The position numbers were made by a program, and so were the translations under genes. A stretch of DNA of 64,000 bases. Origin: Mytilus trossulus (lineage: Eukaryota). Of this stretch, positions 49,930 to 61,996 are shown in pieces. Under the pieces are notes generated by a model. That model made no database searches, had not been told where the DNA came from, and saw nothing but the letters and a program-made list of their open reading frames with translations. Where the stretch lies: positions 48,360,001 to 48,424,000 of the forward strand of contig NC_086382.1 in assembly GCF_036588685.1 (NCBI RefSeq), given 5' to 3'. The first letter of the stretch is position 1, and the number at the start of each line of letters is the position of its first letter.

Positions 49930-52900
49930 TCAGTTTCTAGCAAAACGACTTGTTCGATGTCTTATTAGCTCCTCCTTATCAAATTGAGGGTTTGATGCTG
50001 TTAGTGGAGGGAGTCTCTGATATACAATGTTAAAGTCCTCTAAGGCTTCTTTAATGCTTGATAAGTTATTTCGTCTGTCAAAAGTTCTTTTCAGAAGAGC
50101 TCCAACATAATCTACAAGACAAATAGAAACTATATGTAATAGCTCAGCCTCTAATTTACATAATTAACCGTGCAAATTTATAGATGCAATGACATTACTT
50201 GGATGTGCAGTCTGCATTTTTAGAATATTAACTTTTTCGATTCCAATAGTACAAAAAGAGATTCATAATACTGTAAATAAACCAACATTATTACAAAATA
50301 AATGTCTTGCTTACTGCTTTTTATGTTTTATTATTGAACCAGAAAGTTGAACGAAATTTTACCATAGGTCGCTTGAACTTTCTGCGGTTTGACAACACAT
50401 TGCTCTCCTTTTTTTGCTTTAGGGTACGACTTTTTCCATTTCAGGATGCCTGCTTTTGTGACAGCTTGCTGTCTATTTCCATTCTCATTGTAATGCAATG
50501 CAGCAATATAAATTCTGGAGAAGAAGAAAAAACATTACAAAATTATTATCAAATTTTAAGATAAGGAACCTACTAAACTTTTAATTTATTGCTTCAAAGT
50601 TTAAAATTAGCCACTGATGAGTTTATGTGTATACTATGTGGTGACCATGATTACAGTACAGGTATACACCTTTCATTAATTTGTTTGGTATAGGTTATTT
50701 TGACATATTGTACACAATCAATTACCTTGCTTTCATTGCATATTGGAAGAAGTGGGTGTTCTTTGGTGCATACTGGTTCACAAGAGAGTGATACACCTCG
50801 AGGCCATATGTCTGGTGCACTGGTGACAGCTTTTTTAAATCTTTTAGCAAGTATTTGCTTTCGATTACTTCCAGAACAAGTTTATGAGATTTGGAACCTA
50901 AAAATTAAAATAAAATATAATTTATTAAAACGATAATTTGGGCTAGATGCAAACGTTTAAACATATATGGCTACAAATGATGAGGCATTTTCTCAAAAAT
51001 AGTACAAAGCCATGAAACACAACAAGTGTCCCTTTTTCATAGAACATGAAAACCATTTGTACTTAAGATATTTGTTTACCTTGTTTAAGCCAAGCTCTTT
51101 GTTCCTCAAGCTCTCCATGGATACATTGCGGAAATACATCAGACTCATGGACATGTTTATTCATGATGTGGTTTGAAATTGATGTCCATTTGTGTATTTT
51201 TTCGTTCTGATCTTCCCCACTTGATGCAGCCACCCAATATGTATGGTTAACAATGCTCTTTATCCATGGTCTTATGTCTCCTGTGTCTTTTTTTTTGGCT
51301 CTGGTTTCCAACTTTTTTGATATTCCTGCAAGTAATGGAATAAAGAAAACATTTTGAAATGTATTTTTTATCAACAGCCTAAGAGTATTGCAGATTTATA
51401 AAATATGATTTATTCACAACTTGATAAGATAATACAATTAGTTCTAGTATGAAATTAATTGAGTAATACCTTTTGCTATATGCCATACATCGAAATAATG
51501 ATTTATTTCTGGATGGTTGTCCTTCATGAACTTCTTAATCATAACATGTCTATCTGTGACAAGTGTTGAGACTTCAATATGGTTAGTGTCTATAAGAAGA
51601 GATAAACCCCTCTTAAGTCCTTCCAATTCCATATGGGTTGACCCCTTAACTTCATTGGACTGAAAAAAATAAGCAAACACTGAAATTATTTGTCAACATG
51701 ATTTATGAAAACAATAAGATTTGGGGGAAATTCATGAAATACTGGCCACTGGACAACATCGATAAATCTGTAGTAAGTGTGTTTAACTATTTCCTTCTAA
51801 GCATTTATACAGATCTTATTTAAATCTGAAATATATATACATATAAACAATGAGATTTGGGTTATATTCATGAAATACTTGCCACTGGACAGCAACAATC
51901 AATCCATTTTAAGTAGTATGCATGTTAAGCTGTATTTATTTGTAATCATTTTAATACAGATCTAATTTAGATTTAAATTGAGAAATCCATCAAGAGTTAA
52001 TTAATGCAAACCTGAACAAGCTGAATGTCCAATATTTTATTTGTGTTCAAGTCCATCAGAGTGTAACTGCCATATTTAGCACTATAACCAGGACTGTCGC
52101 ACCTTCCGTCGCCACCAAGTACTACTTGTTTATCTGGACCTGCAATATTAAAAAGGGTAATGCGTGAAGATTATAACACTCTTATTCATATAATTAACAA
52201 TAAAATTATTCTGTACAGAATATATATTAACAAGATACCTAATTTGACAGAGGGAGAAAATGAGGATAGAAATAAACATATTCCAAGAATAAATAAAAAG
52301 ATACGTGTATTCCAGGAAATAAATAAAAAGATATGTGAGTATATTAAAAGAGGTGACACTACGAAGAAATATACATACCTTGCAAGGAAGCTATTAGATC
52401 TGCTTGCTGGGAGTCGAATTCATAGATAACTGCACATGATGTGTATGCTGTTTGCAGTCTTCTAACCGAGCGTTCACTAATGCCTTTCAGTTTCATTTGA
52501 TCAAACAGTCTTACAATCTTTGCTGTATTATTCCCGCTAAACATTATGGCACTTGCAAGCAAAAGATTTCCCCATGGTAGTCTTTCATGACAGTTTTGGG
52601 ATTTCCACTTGTAGACGTGTCCAAAAGCACATACAGAAGATGTAGATATCATTGTCCCTCTACTGAATTCAATAATTGGAATGCATCGATTGTTACACTC
52701 TCTACATACTGATAGTAACTGAAATAGTGCTGTTTCAGAGACCATGTAATACTTTTCTTCAACTGGATCATTACATTCTTCCATTCTGTAATTGCTTGTT
52801 TCTTCCTCATCGTCAGATCCATACTCATCGTCTCCATCTTCTTCCTCGGACTCGTTATAAATATAATCCGGATCATTATCATATTCATCTACATCATCTT

Positions 52901-54155
52901 CATCATCATCACTCTCATCATTGTCATCCTTGTTTTGTTCGGTCGCTGCCGGTGCAAGGCTACTGCTTGTAATTTTTCCGATTATCGTTCTGTTCTTCGA
53001 TGTGGCGACTTTACTTGCTGAATCAATATCTGAAGGGTTACACTGAATGCCTTTAGACTTTCTCTTGGGTTTTAATGTTTGGTTTCTTCTAGTTCTCTGC
53101 GGAATGGGATCTGTTTGATTTTTCTGTATTTTCATGTTTGTGTAATCGGTGTTAAAAGATTTTGACACAAATGTTTTTGGTATATCTACCGGAATTTCTA
53201 CCTCTTCCTGAATCTCCATACTGTCAGCTGCGGGTGGCGATTCAGTTTCAGTGTCAATGGAGTCGACGGACTTATCTAATGATTCATTAAAGGCCTCTTG
53301 AAGAACCTATAGTAAAATTAAATTTTTATTTTAAAAATTGCTTTCATCAATAAATTATACATGTATAATTCACCTTTTTGGTCGTTGTATTCGGGAAAGG
53401 ACCGGGTCGTAGATTTCCTGTGGAATTGAATTTGTTTTCTTTAGTTAGACTCACGAAACCTTTACTCGTTTATTTTATTTTATAATAGATTTAGAATGTC
53501 AATATACGGACTTCTTCTACAAGCGACTGATTTCAGAAAAAAAAAGTTTACGAGAAAAATATAAATCCCAGAAGTCCTGAACATTTTAGTATGACTTTGA
53601 TAATGTTTTATTGGATCGTTATATAATGTAAATGGATGTATATACCTTTTCATGTAAATAAAATAAATGCTTTGACAATTTTTACTTGAACCAAAACGGG
53701 AAGAAAGATATACAAATATAATAAATAATAATAATTAAAACCATACAGATAAAACCAAAAACATATTTTTCACAAAAGTTTCAATGGATAATAAAGAGAA
53801 TCAATTGTACCTGACGTTTCTGTCTTTTTTCGAAGGCCGACCTAGGCTTTTTAGGAGAAGATGGTCCTTTTTCTGCATCTACAACTACAGGAATGTCGGG
53901 CATGGCGTCATCTTTTAGAGCTGCCTTTGCACCCGGATATCCCAATTCTGAAAGTCTTTCAGGGTGCCTGCTATACTGATTTAGGGTAAAATGTTTAGAA
54001 CAAATTCTGCTGTGCTTAGACGGTGTAAAGTCCTGTCGTTTACAATAGTGAACCCAAGAACGATTTCTCTGAGAATCTTTCGGAAAAGTAAACCAATATA
54101 TATTTTTGTCACATTGAGAATTGCTATTGCAACCGTAAACCACACAATACGGCAT
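49930..54155 (-). CDS. Kolobok transposase with N-terminal THAP zinc finger and DDE core, 780 aa; exons 54155-53811, 53306-52379, 52139-52012, 51659-51470, 51325-51080, 50897-50726, 50514-50363, 50111-49930
   Basis: THAP CVVYGC..FP..W..ICSKHF..AMP; acidic linker; CREC..CAFGH; catalytic motifs GDGRCDSPGYSAKYG, VTDRH, FDVWH and TYGLEVYHS; LHYNEN; C-terminal SRF. All seven introns are GT-AG with consistent phase, giving an open 2343-nt CDS. Confidence 0.9.
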
Positions 54156-57014
54156 ATTTACACTTATATTTACGAAATAAAAAAATAATTACTTCTTACT
54201 TTTAAATAATTCTACTACGTGAAGATTTGTATTACATAAAACTAAAACATGGATGTAATATGAGACATGAATGGAACCCTATACTCATGGAATTTCTGTA
54301 TTATCTATATAGTATTACCACTGAGAATATACAGCTGGTAACACAAGTGATGTCATAGCCGTGAGCCTCGTTATCATGTCTGAAAATATGCATACAAGGG
54401 CGATCAAGGCCATCTGTGTATACATTACTGATTATCACATTCCCTGATAAGAAATACACATAACAACATGAAGATATCGATTTTATTAACTATAAAGGTT
54501 TTATTTTACACATGATTGTTTGAAGTGGCCGGTGTCCTTTAAAACCAAATAAAAATAAGCTACTGCTTTTTTCTGAAGTTTTTATACTCACAACTGAATT
54601 TTACGTCGTTTTTATGAAAAAAATCAGAATCGCTGTACATTTCAAGTTTTAAATATTGCATGTTCTTTTTTCTTTTGCTTATAAAATTGCAGCTTTGTTT
54701 TTATGCTTTTTATTCTTCATATAGTTGAAGCGTTTCCCTCGAGTTTGGTCTGTAACCTGGGTTTGTTTTTTTCTCAATCGATAAATGACTTCTAAACACC
54801 GGTATACTAGTACTGTTGCATTTTTTTCGATAAAAGTACATTTCTCTCAATGTATCCTCTCACATTGCACTGATGAAACTTAGTTGGTAATATATGGCCA
54901 TTTTACTTAAAACAGATTCAGTACTAAGAAATTTTTCAAGACCGTATGTGGGTTGCTGTGTTATAAGCAAATAGCATATGGACCAGAACGACTATCTCAA
55001 AAAGTCAAATAAAAACACAGCTGAAGGTCATACGATACAGTTTTGATCCCACGTTGAACTTATTTTACAAACATGTGCATACAAGCTCTTTTTCACCTTA
55101 ATGTTTTAAGAATGTAATAAACACAACCGGATGTTTTCCTGCAGATGTCGAATCATGATCAGTTGCGCAAGTATGGACACTACATTTAAGCTTACGACAG
55201 CTCTACATTTGGATTGTGAATGAATATTTAAAATAGATTATTATCTAATTAATAAAAAAAATATGTAAGCAAATCTGAACCACAAACACGATTATGTAAA
55301 CAATAAACATTAACACACGTAACAAAAATATGATACCATATAGCAACTGTGACATCTACCTCAATTTAACACTCATGTCATATCTAGTGCCCCTTTAAGA
55401 CATTTTGATGTTATTATTACGGGTTCATTGGATAAGTTTGAGTTATTTTCCTTTGAATATAAAAATGGTTTTACATAGTACACTTACATTAGAAATGATA
55501 AAATTAATGAAAAAAGTCTAAATTAGATTTGATGTAATACAATGTATATCTATTTTCGAGTTATAATAATAGTTCCAAATATTTTTTCTTTCTTTTATCG
55601 CACACTAATATAGATGTCACAAACTTAATCTACACAATGTAATGTAATGAAACATATTCTTTAATAAGATATATATTATTTTCTAGATAAAAGAATAAAC
55701 TTCATAATCAGAGCTCTACTTCATAATTTTATTTATTCATATGTATAGCATTATGAAAATTTGTTTATACATAATACTAAATAATCCGACCAAAATTCTT
55801 TAAACAATTTACCAAAGTGAAGGGAAAACATCAAAATGTTATCTATCATTTAATACGATGTCTTTTAAAATGACTTATATCCCCTTGTACAGAAATGGAT
55901 GAATTCATCAAAACTTGAATTCATTCGAAAGGAAATTAACTCAACAACAAGAAAAGCGAAAATCTTGAAAATTGAACTTGATCTTCATTTAGGCACTGGA
56001 AACAAAATATATAAACTAATAAAAAATCTTTAAAGCGTTCTCATGTCCATGAAGAAACACTGTTTGGCAAAAAGACTGCCCGCCCGCCCGATAGCCCAAC
56101 CGCCTGCCCGATAGCCCACCCACTAGCCTGACATCCCCAAATCAATAACCGACTATTTTTTCTTCGACAATCCGGTTTAAATTATGACTTCATGTGCTAC
56201 GTTAAATAAATTGGATAGACATTTAAGGTTTCTACTTATTTTTTTTTCTTTTCAGTCCGACTGATAAAAATCAGTTGAAAAAAATGCATCTTTTCCTGAT
56301 ATGTAGTGTCGTATTTCTCCTCTTATATTTGATGTGTTTCCCTCAGTTTTAGTGTGTAACCCGGACTTGTATTTTTTTCTCAATCGATTTATGAAATCGA
56401 ACAGCGGTATACTACTGTTGCCTTTGTTTATGTCATAGTTTGACGTCGCGAAAAATAACAATTAATATTGGCAACGTAATTAGCTCCCCTGTGGCTTTAT
56501 CGGTTGCCAAATTTACACACTGTTGTTTGACATCAGTTTAGAACTTTTGCTTAGAAATACCTCGTGATCTTTAATCTTTGTTTATAAATAAGAGAAAATA
56601 CATTGGAAATACTAATAATTTCTTGTGTACAATATGGAAATTAGTATGGCGTTAATTATCACTGAACTAGTATATATTTGTTGAGGGGCCAGCTAAAGGA
56701 CGCCTCCGGGTGCGGGAATTTCTCGCTATATACATTGAAGACCTGTTGGTGAACTTCTGCTGTTGTTTTTTCTATGGTCGGGTTGTTGTCTCTTTGACAC
56801 ATTCCCCAGGTCCATTCTCAATTTTAGAGTTGTCCTTCTTGTCATACTAACAGTTCACGATAACTACCAAAGAATGACAACATAAATACTACATTTAAAC
56901 AGTAATCAACTAAAAATTTACACCTCACGTGTACATGGAAATAATTGCGTTTCATATGTGTCAGATTTGGCAAGCAAATTCAAACACTATGAGGGTAACG
57001 GACATATATTTTAG

Positions 57015-58560
57015 TACTGCATCTACTTTCTATATTTCAGTGTGTTAAGTAGGATAACGTAACTATCACTGCTTCCTATATTTCATAGTTTCCGGTAGGA
57101 TAAGGTAACTAACACTGCTTTCTATGTTTCAGAGTTTCCAGAAGAATGTTAAGGTAACTAACGCTGTTTCTTATATTTCAGAGTGTCCAGTAGGATAATT
57201 TAAGTAACACTGCTCCCTATATTTTTAGAGTATGCAGTAGGATAAGGTAAGTAATACTGCTTCCTATATTTCAGAGTCTCCAGTAAGATAAGGTAACAAA
57301 CACTGCTTCCTATATTTCAGTCTCCAGTAGGATAAAGTAATTAAGACTGCTTTCTATATTTCAGAGTCTCCAGTAGGATAAGTAATTAACAATGATTCCT
57401 TTATTTCAGTGTCCGGTAGGATAAGTTATTAATAATGCTTCCTATATTTCAGAGTGTCCTTTTAAGGTTGCCTTTGATTTGGTTATTAAAACTGCTTCCT
57501 ATATTTCAGATCTAGAGTGTTCAGTATGATAAGGTAACTAATACTGCTTCCTATATTTCAGAGTCTCCAGTAAGATAAGGTAACTAACACTGCTTCCTAT
57601 ATTTCAGTCTCCAGTTGGATAAGGTAATTAACACTGCTTTCTATGTTTCAGGGTGTCCAGTAAGATACGGTTACTAACACTGCTCCCTATATTTTTAGAG
57701 TATGCAGTAGGATAAGGTAAGTAATACTGCTTCCTATATTTCAGAGTCTCCAGTAAGATAAGGTAACAAACACTGCTTCCTATATTTCAGTCTCCAGTAG
57801 GATAAAGTAATTAAGACTGCTTTCTATGTTTCAGAGTCTCCAGTAGGATAAGTAATTAACAATGATTCCTTTATTTCAGTGTCCGGTAGGATAAGTTATT
57901 AATAATGCTTCCTATATTTCAGAGTGTCCTTTTAAGGTTGCCTTTGAATTGGTTATTAAAACTGCTTCCTATATTTCAGAGTGTTCAGTATGATAAGGTA
58001 ACTAATACTGCTTCCTATATTTCAGAGTCTCCAGTAAGATAAGGTAACTAACACTGCTTCCTATATTTCAGTATCCAGTTGGATAAGGTAATTAACACTG
58101 CTTTCTATGTTTCAGGGTGTCCAGTAAGATACGGTTACTAACGCTGCTCCCTATATTTTTAGAGTATGCAGTAGGATAAGGTAAGTAATACTGCTTCCTA
58201 TATTTCAGAGTCTCCAGTAAGATAAGGTAACAAACACTGCTTCCTATATTTCAGTCTCCAGTAGGATAAAGTAATTAAGACTGCTTTCTATGTTTCAGAG
58301 TCTCCAGTAGGATAAGTAATTAACAATGATTCCTTTATTTCACTGTCCGGTAGGATAAGTTATTAATAATGCTTCCTATATTTCAGAGTGTCCTTTTAAG
58401 GTTGCCTTTGATTTAGTTATTAAAACTGCTTTCTTTATTACAGTTTGTTCTAGATAATTAGGTAATTAATGACGCTCCTGTTACTCGGATTGGCCAGGAG
58501 GATAATGTAATAAACACTGCATCCTATAATTCAGAATGTTCTGGAGGATTATGTAACTTA
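57015..58560. repeat. ~46-bp minisatellite organised as a ~464-bp 10-monomer higher-order repeat
   Basis: Monomer tgcttcctatatttcagagtctccagtaagataaggtaactaacac; the diagnostic variant tgctccctatatttttagagtatgcag recurs at 57211, 57681 and 58145. Confidence 0.92.
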
Positions 58561-61508
58561 ACATAACATTGAGAATGGAAATGGGGAATGTATCGGAGAG
58601 ACAACAAACCGACCATAGAAAAAACAACAACGGAAGGTCACCAACGGTCTTCAATGTAACAAGAAATTCCCGAACACGGAGGTGTCGATCAGCTTGCCCC
58701 TAAACAAATATATACTAGTTATGTATATCACTGACTCCACTATCTATAGCCACACCTAAGGCATATGCTGCATCACGCTTATCGAGAAAGTAGCGGGCAG
58801 AATGTAACGTAAAAGGTAACGTATCGGACGCACCACTACAAGACTACATATAGCTTATGGTTTTTATACCTTAACGATATCAAGATGGTCAGCCGCAAGT
58901 CAAATTGCAACCATGTTATGTATGCACAGCGAACAAGCGTAAATCAGTGCCTGTCTTAGCTGTCTCAACGGTTGTATTATCAAACCACATCTCTTTACTT
59001 TTTAAGGATACAAATATAATATAATCTTACTAGTCGCAGATGAACATAAAACAAATAATAAAAAAAACCACTTACACTAGAATTATTTGTTGTGCTATAT
59101 AGGGAAACAACAGCCCATTATATAAAGCTAAGATATTGGAAGAGGGCGACTGTTTATATATTCATTATAATTTTATCAAAGAAAGAAAGTTCATATGAAT
59201 GCACGTTATGAGCCAGTAGCGGACACATGGCTATATCATTATATATAGGCAACGGTCTGATCAAGTACCTGTTTATAACTAGATAATATCAGTGATTGGG
59301 TGCTTCTTTAAAGTTTACCGTTTGAAATCAGGATATCATTCGAATTATTAACAGTAATAGACATATTAAATGTATCTATTATGTCCAAATTTAATTTTTT
59401 TTCATATAAAGTCTGTAGATTAAATAGGTTTTGATTTTGTGTTATTATTATCTTTCGGTAGATATAGTTGTACTTCAGTTAGTCAATTTTGGCTCTTATA
59501 CATCCTGTCATTCTGGTATTATACTTTGCTACATTTGTGTATTTTTGTCTTTAATTTTTCTAATATGATTGGTATATATGCCATTTTGTGCTTCTTTGAT
59601 GACTGATGTACCCATATTTTGACTATTTTTATTTATTGTGTCAATTTATTTAACGCATCAATGTAAATATAACGGAATTTGATGAGACTGGTTTAATCAA
59701 CCATGTTTTACATTTGAAAATGTCTGTACCAAGTCAGGAATATGACAGTTATCCATTCGTTTTTGATGCGTTTTGTTATTTGATTTTGCCATGTTATTAT
59801 GGACTTTCCGAACTGATTTTCCTCTAAGTTCAGTATTTTTTTATTTTACTTTTTATTATATATTTGCAGTGATTAAGATTATAACACAAACGAATGTTGA
59901 CTGCTATACCACTAGATTTGACATTTTTACCTATTACGTCTGGTTTTTTTTTACAAACATCGTTGTCAATAGAATGAAATTTGATGCGACTGTCATACAA
60001 TTGAGAGGTTTTGAAAGCTTTAAAATGAAGTCCAACCCACTATTTTCCCCCCTAAAATGTCCTGTATGAAGTTAAGAAAATGGTAATTGTTATCTTATAG
60101 TTCGTTTCTGTGTATGGTATATATTGTTGTTTAGTTTTTGTTGCACTTTATATTAGTGTTTCTATTGTTTCTTTGTTTTCCTCTTATAGTTGGTATGTTT
60201 CCATCGATTTTAGTTTGTAATCCGGATTTGTTTTTATCTCTATCGATTTATGACGTTCGAACAGCGGTATAGTACGGTTGCATTTATTAATCGACCATTT
60301 GCTACTTATGTAGTACCAAGTCAGCAATATGAAAGTTGTTATCAATTTGTTTGATGTGTTCTAGTTTTTAATTTTCCCATTTGATAACGAACTTTCCGTT
60401 TTGAATATAACTCGGAGTTTGTTTATATTTTTGTTATTTGTAATTCTTTTATTCATTTATCAAAGATATATTGCTTATAATCACTATATATAGTTTCATG
60501 TTTTGTTTTTTTTAAGTTTGAAAATTAATCAACATCAAGTTCACAATTCATTATTAATATTGAGAGAACATTTTCCCTCTGCTTTTAACTTATAGGGTTT
60601 TATTTTTACCATCCATGCTTTTTACATAGTTATATTAAATAAAGTTCCTCCTGTTGTATCCTGTAAAATTCAACTGATTTAACCCGGTTGATAATCTGTG
60701 GCCTTGTAACCAACGCAGTTTCAATACTAGGACATTACCAAAGACCATCTTTAGATTGCACTGTTATAAGCAAATATTCTTCCATCCAGAATGACGAATT
60801 CATACACTTTCCATTGGAGAAACATTTTGTTTGAAGGCAGTTTAGAACCTATTCTAGAAATAAACTGTAATTTCTATAAAAAAAATTGCGGCACCGGCAA
60901 TCTCACAATGCATTTCAAAATGCTAGAGTTGTCCTTCTTGTCATACTAACAATAGTATATGATAACAAACAAAAATGTTCTAAAAAGGATATTTAATTAT
61001 AATGCAGTTCAAGATAACTTCCAAACGAATAGTAATAACTATCTGGTAAAGAATGACAACAATATAACATTGAAATAGAACTCAAATAGAAATTTACACC
61101 TCAACATGTACAAATAGAATAATGACATTTTTGTTTTTCATACTGACTTTATCAGCAAGAATACCAAGAGAGCCATTATGCCTGTAATCGTCAGTTTTAG
61201 GGTTTCGGACTCACTGCACGGATACGTACTACTGTATATACTATAATGGTTTTTCTACCCATCGTTATCGTGAAAAGTCATTCGCTAGCCGCAATTTTAA
61301 CCTTTTCGTTATGCGCAGTGAACAAGAGTAAGGTTCCACATTGTATCAAGAGGCTAACTTATGTGTCTCAACAGCTATATTGTAACATAGTTAGTGGATT
61401 AAATATATTTTATTATGTAATAACAAAGTCAAGAAAGATACTAAAGTTCAAATGTTCGAATGTTCACAAACTGTCTTTAAAGTTGAATTGTTCAAATGTT
61501 CAATAAAT

Positions 61509-61996
61509 TGTCACACGGGCACATGATCGTATAGTGGTATAATTGTTCAGTCCTGATAGAATACGTTAGAATATAAAGCGCATGAGTTCTAGCCTACCCA
61601 CGAGGGGGAAGACCTTGACGGAATCTCCGGTACCAATAGCTTGTACCAATCTGTCCTCTCAAGTCCAAAGCTGGATCTTATATAGTCCGGTTGTCCATAA
61701 ACATTGGCTCATAGCTAATGAATGGCCGGTTACATATTAGTCTGAATGTTAGTCTATGGTTAATTGTCAAACTATGCAATTAACCCCTGAAGGATACATG
61801 TTATTTCACAGTGGACATGGTCATTTATTGGCTTCAGGCTATACATGGTATGTCTATAATATTTGACCAGATCCTTATTTAAAAGTGTCCAAAGCGTACA
61901 TGATTGTCATTGAATTGTTTAATTCCCTTTTAATAAATTTCCTAATTAATACTCCTTGATAATTAATAATATGGAACACCATGCAATTGTGTAACA
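61509..61996 (-). mobile_element. 3' LTR of an LTR retrotransposon, preceded by a polypurine tract; decayed internal sequence probably continues toward 64000
   Basis: Termini TGTTACAC...GTGTGACA (7/8 inverted match), GAGGGAAGGG PPT at 62001-62010 on the minus strand, and a TATATAA box near 61678-61684. Confidence 0.65.

Larger units (their letters stand above)
48140..54538. mobile_element. Full-length, potentially autonomous Kolobok DNA transposon (6399 bp)
   Basis: TTAA TSD (48136-48139 and 54539-54542), AGG...CCT termini, 39-bp TIRs with one mismatch (48140-48178 and 54500-54538), and two intact convergent genes. Confidence 0.92.

Noticed and set aside
48136-54542. piggyBac (TTAA TSD) or P-element/THAP9 (THAP domain) assignment
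   Set aside because: Termini are AGG...CCT rather than CCY...RGG, the TSD is 4 bp rather than 8 bp, and the GDGRCDSPG, TDRH, DVWH and LE..HS motifs fit Kolobok.
35491-55398. One 20-kb composite transposon bounded by TTAA-AGGGGCACTAG ends
   Set aside because: Only ~11 terminal bases match, and the span would contain two of the three lectin exons in correct order. Two independent truncated copies are more parsimonious.
60608-60850. Possible minus-strand exon with Cys residues (VLNCLQTKCFSNGKC...)
   Set aside because: Stops occur in the frames examined and I recognise no domain, so it is unsupported.
138-61506. The many 60-115-aa ORFs in the supplied track not used above (e.g. 924-1229, 2087-2422, 14498-14812, 26060-26389, 47330-47515 poly-Asn, 48396-48746, 52676-52972)
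   Set aside because: They are translations of repeats, microsatellites or antisense/alternative frames of real exons, many with non-ATG starts.
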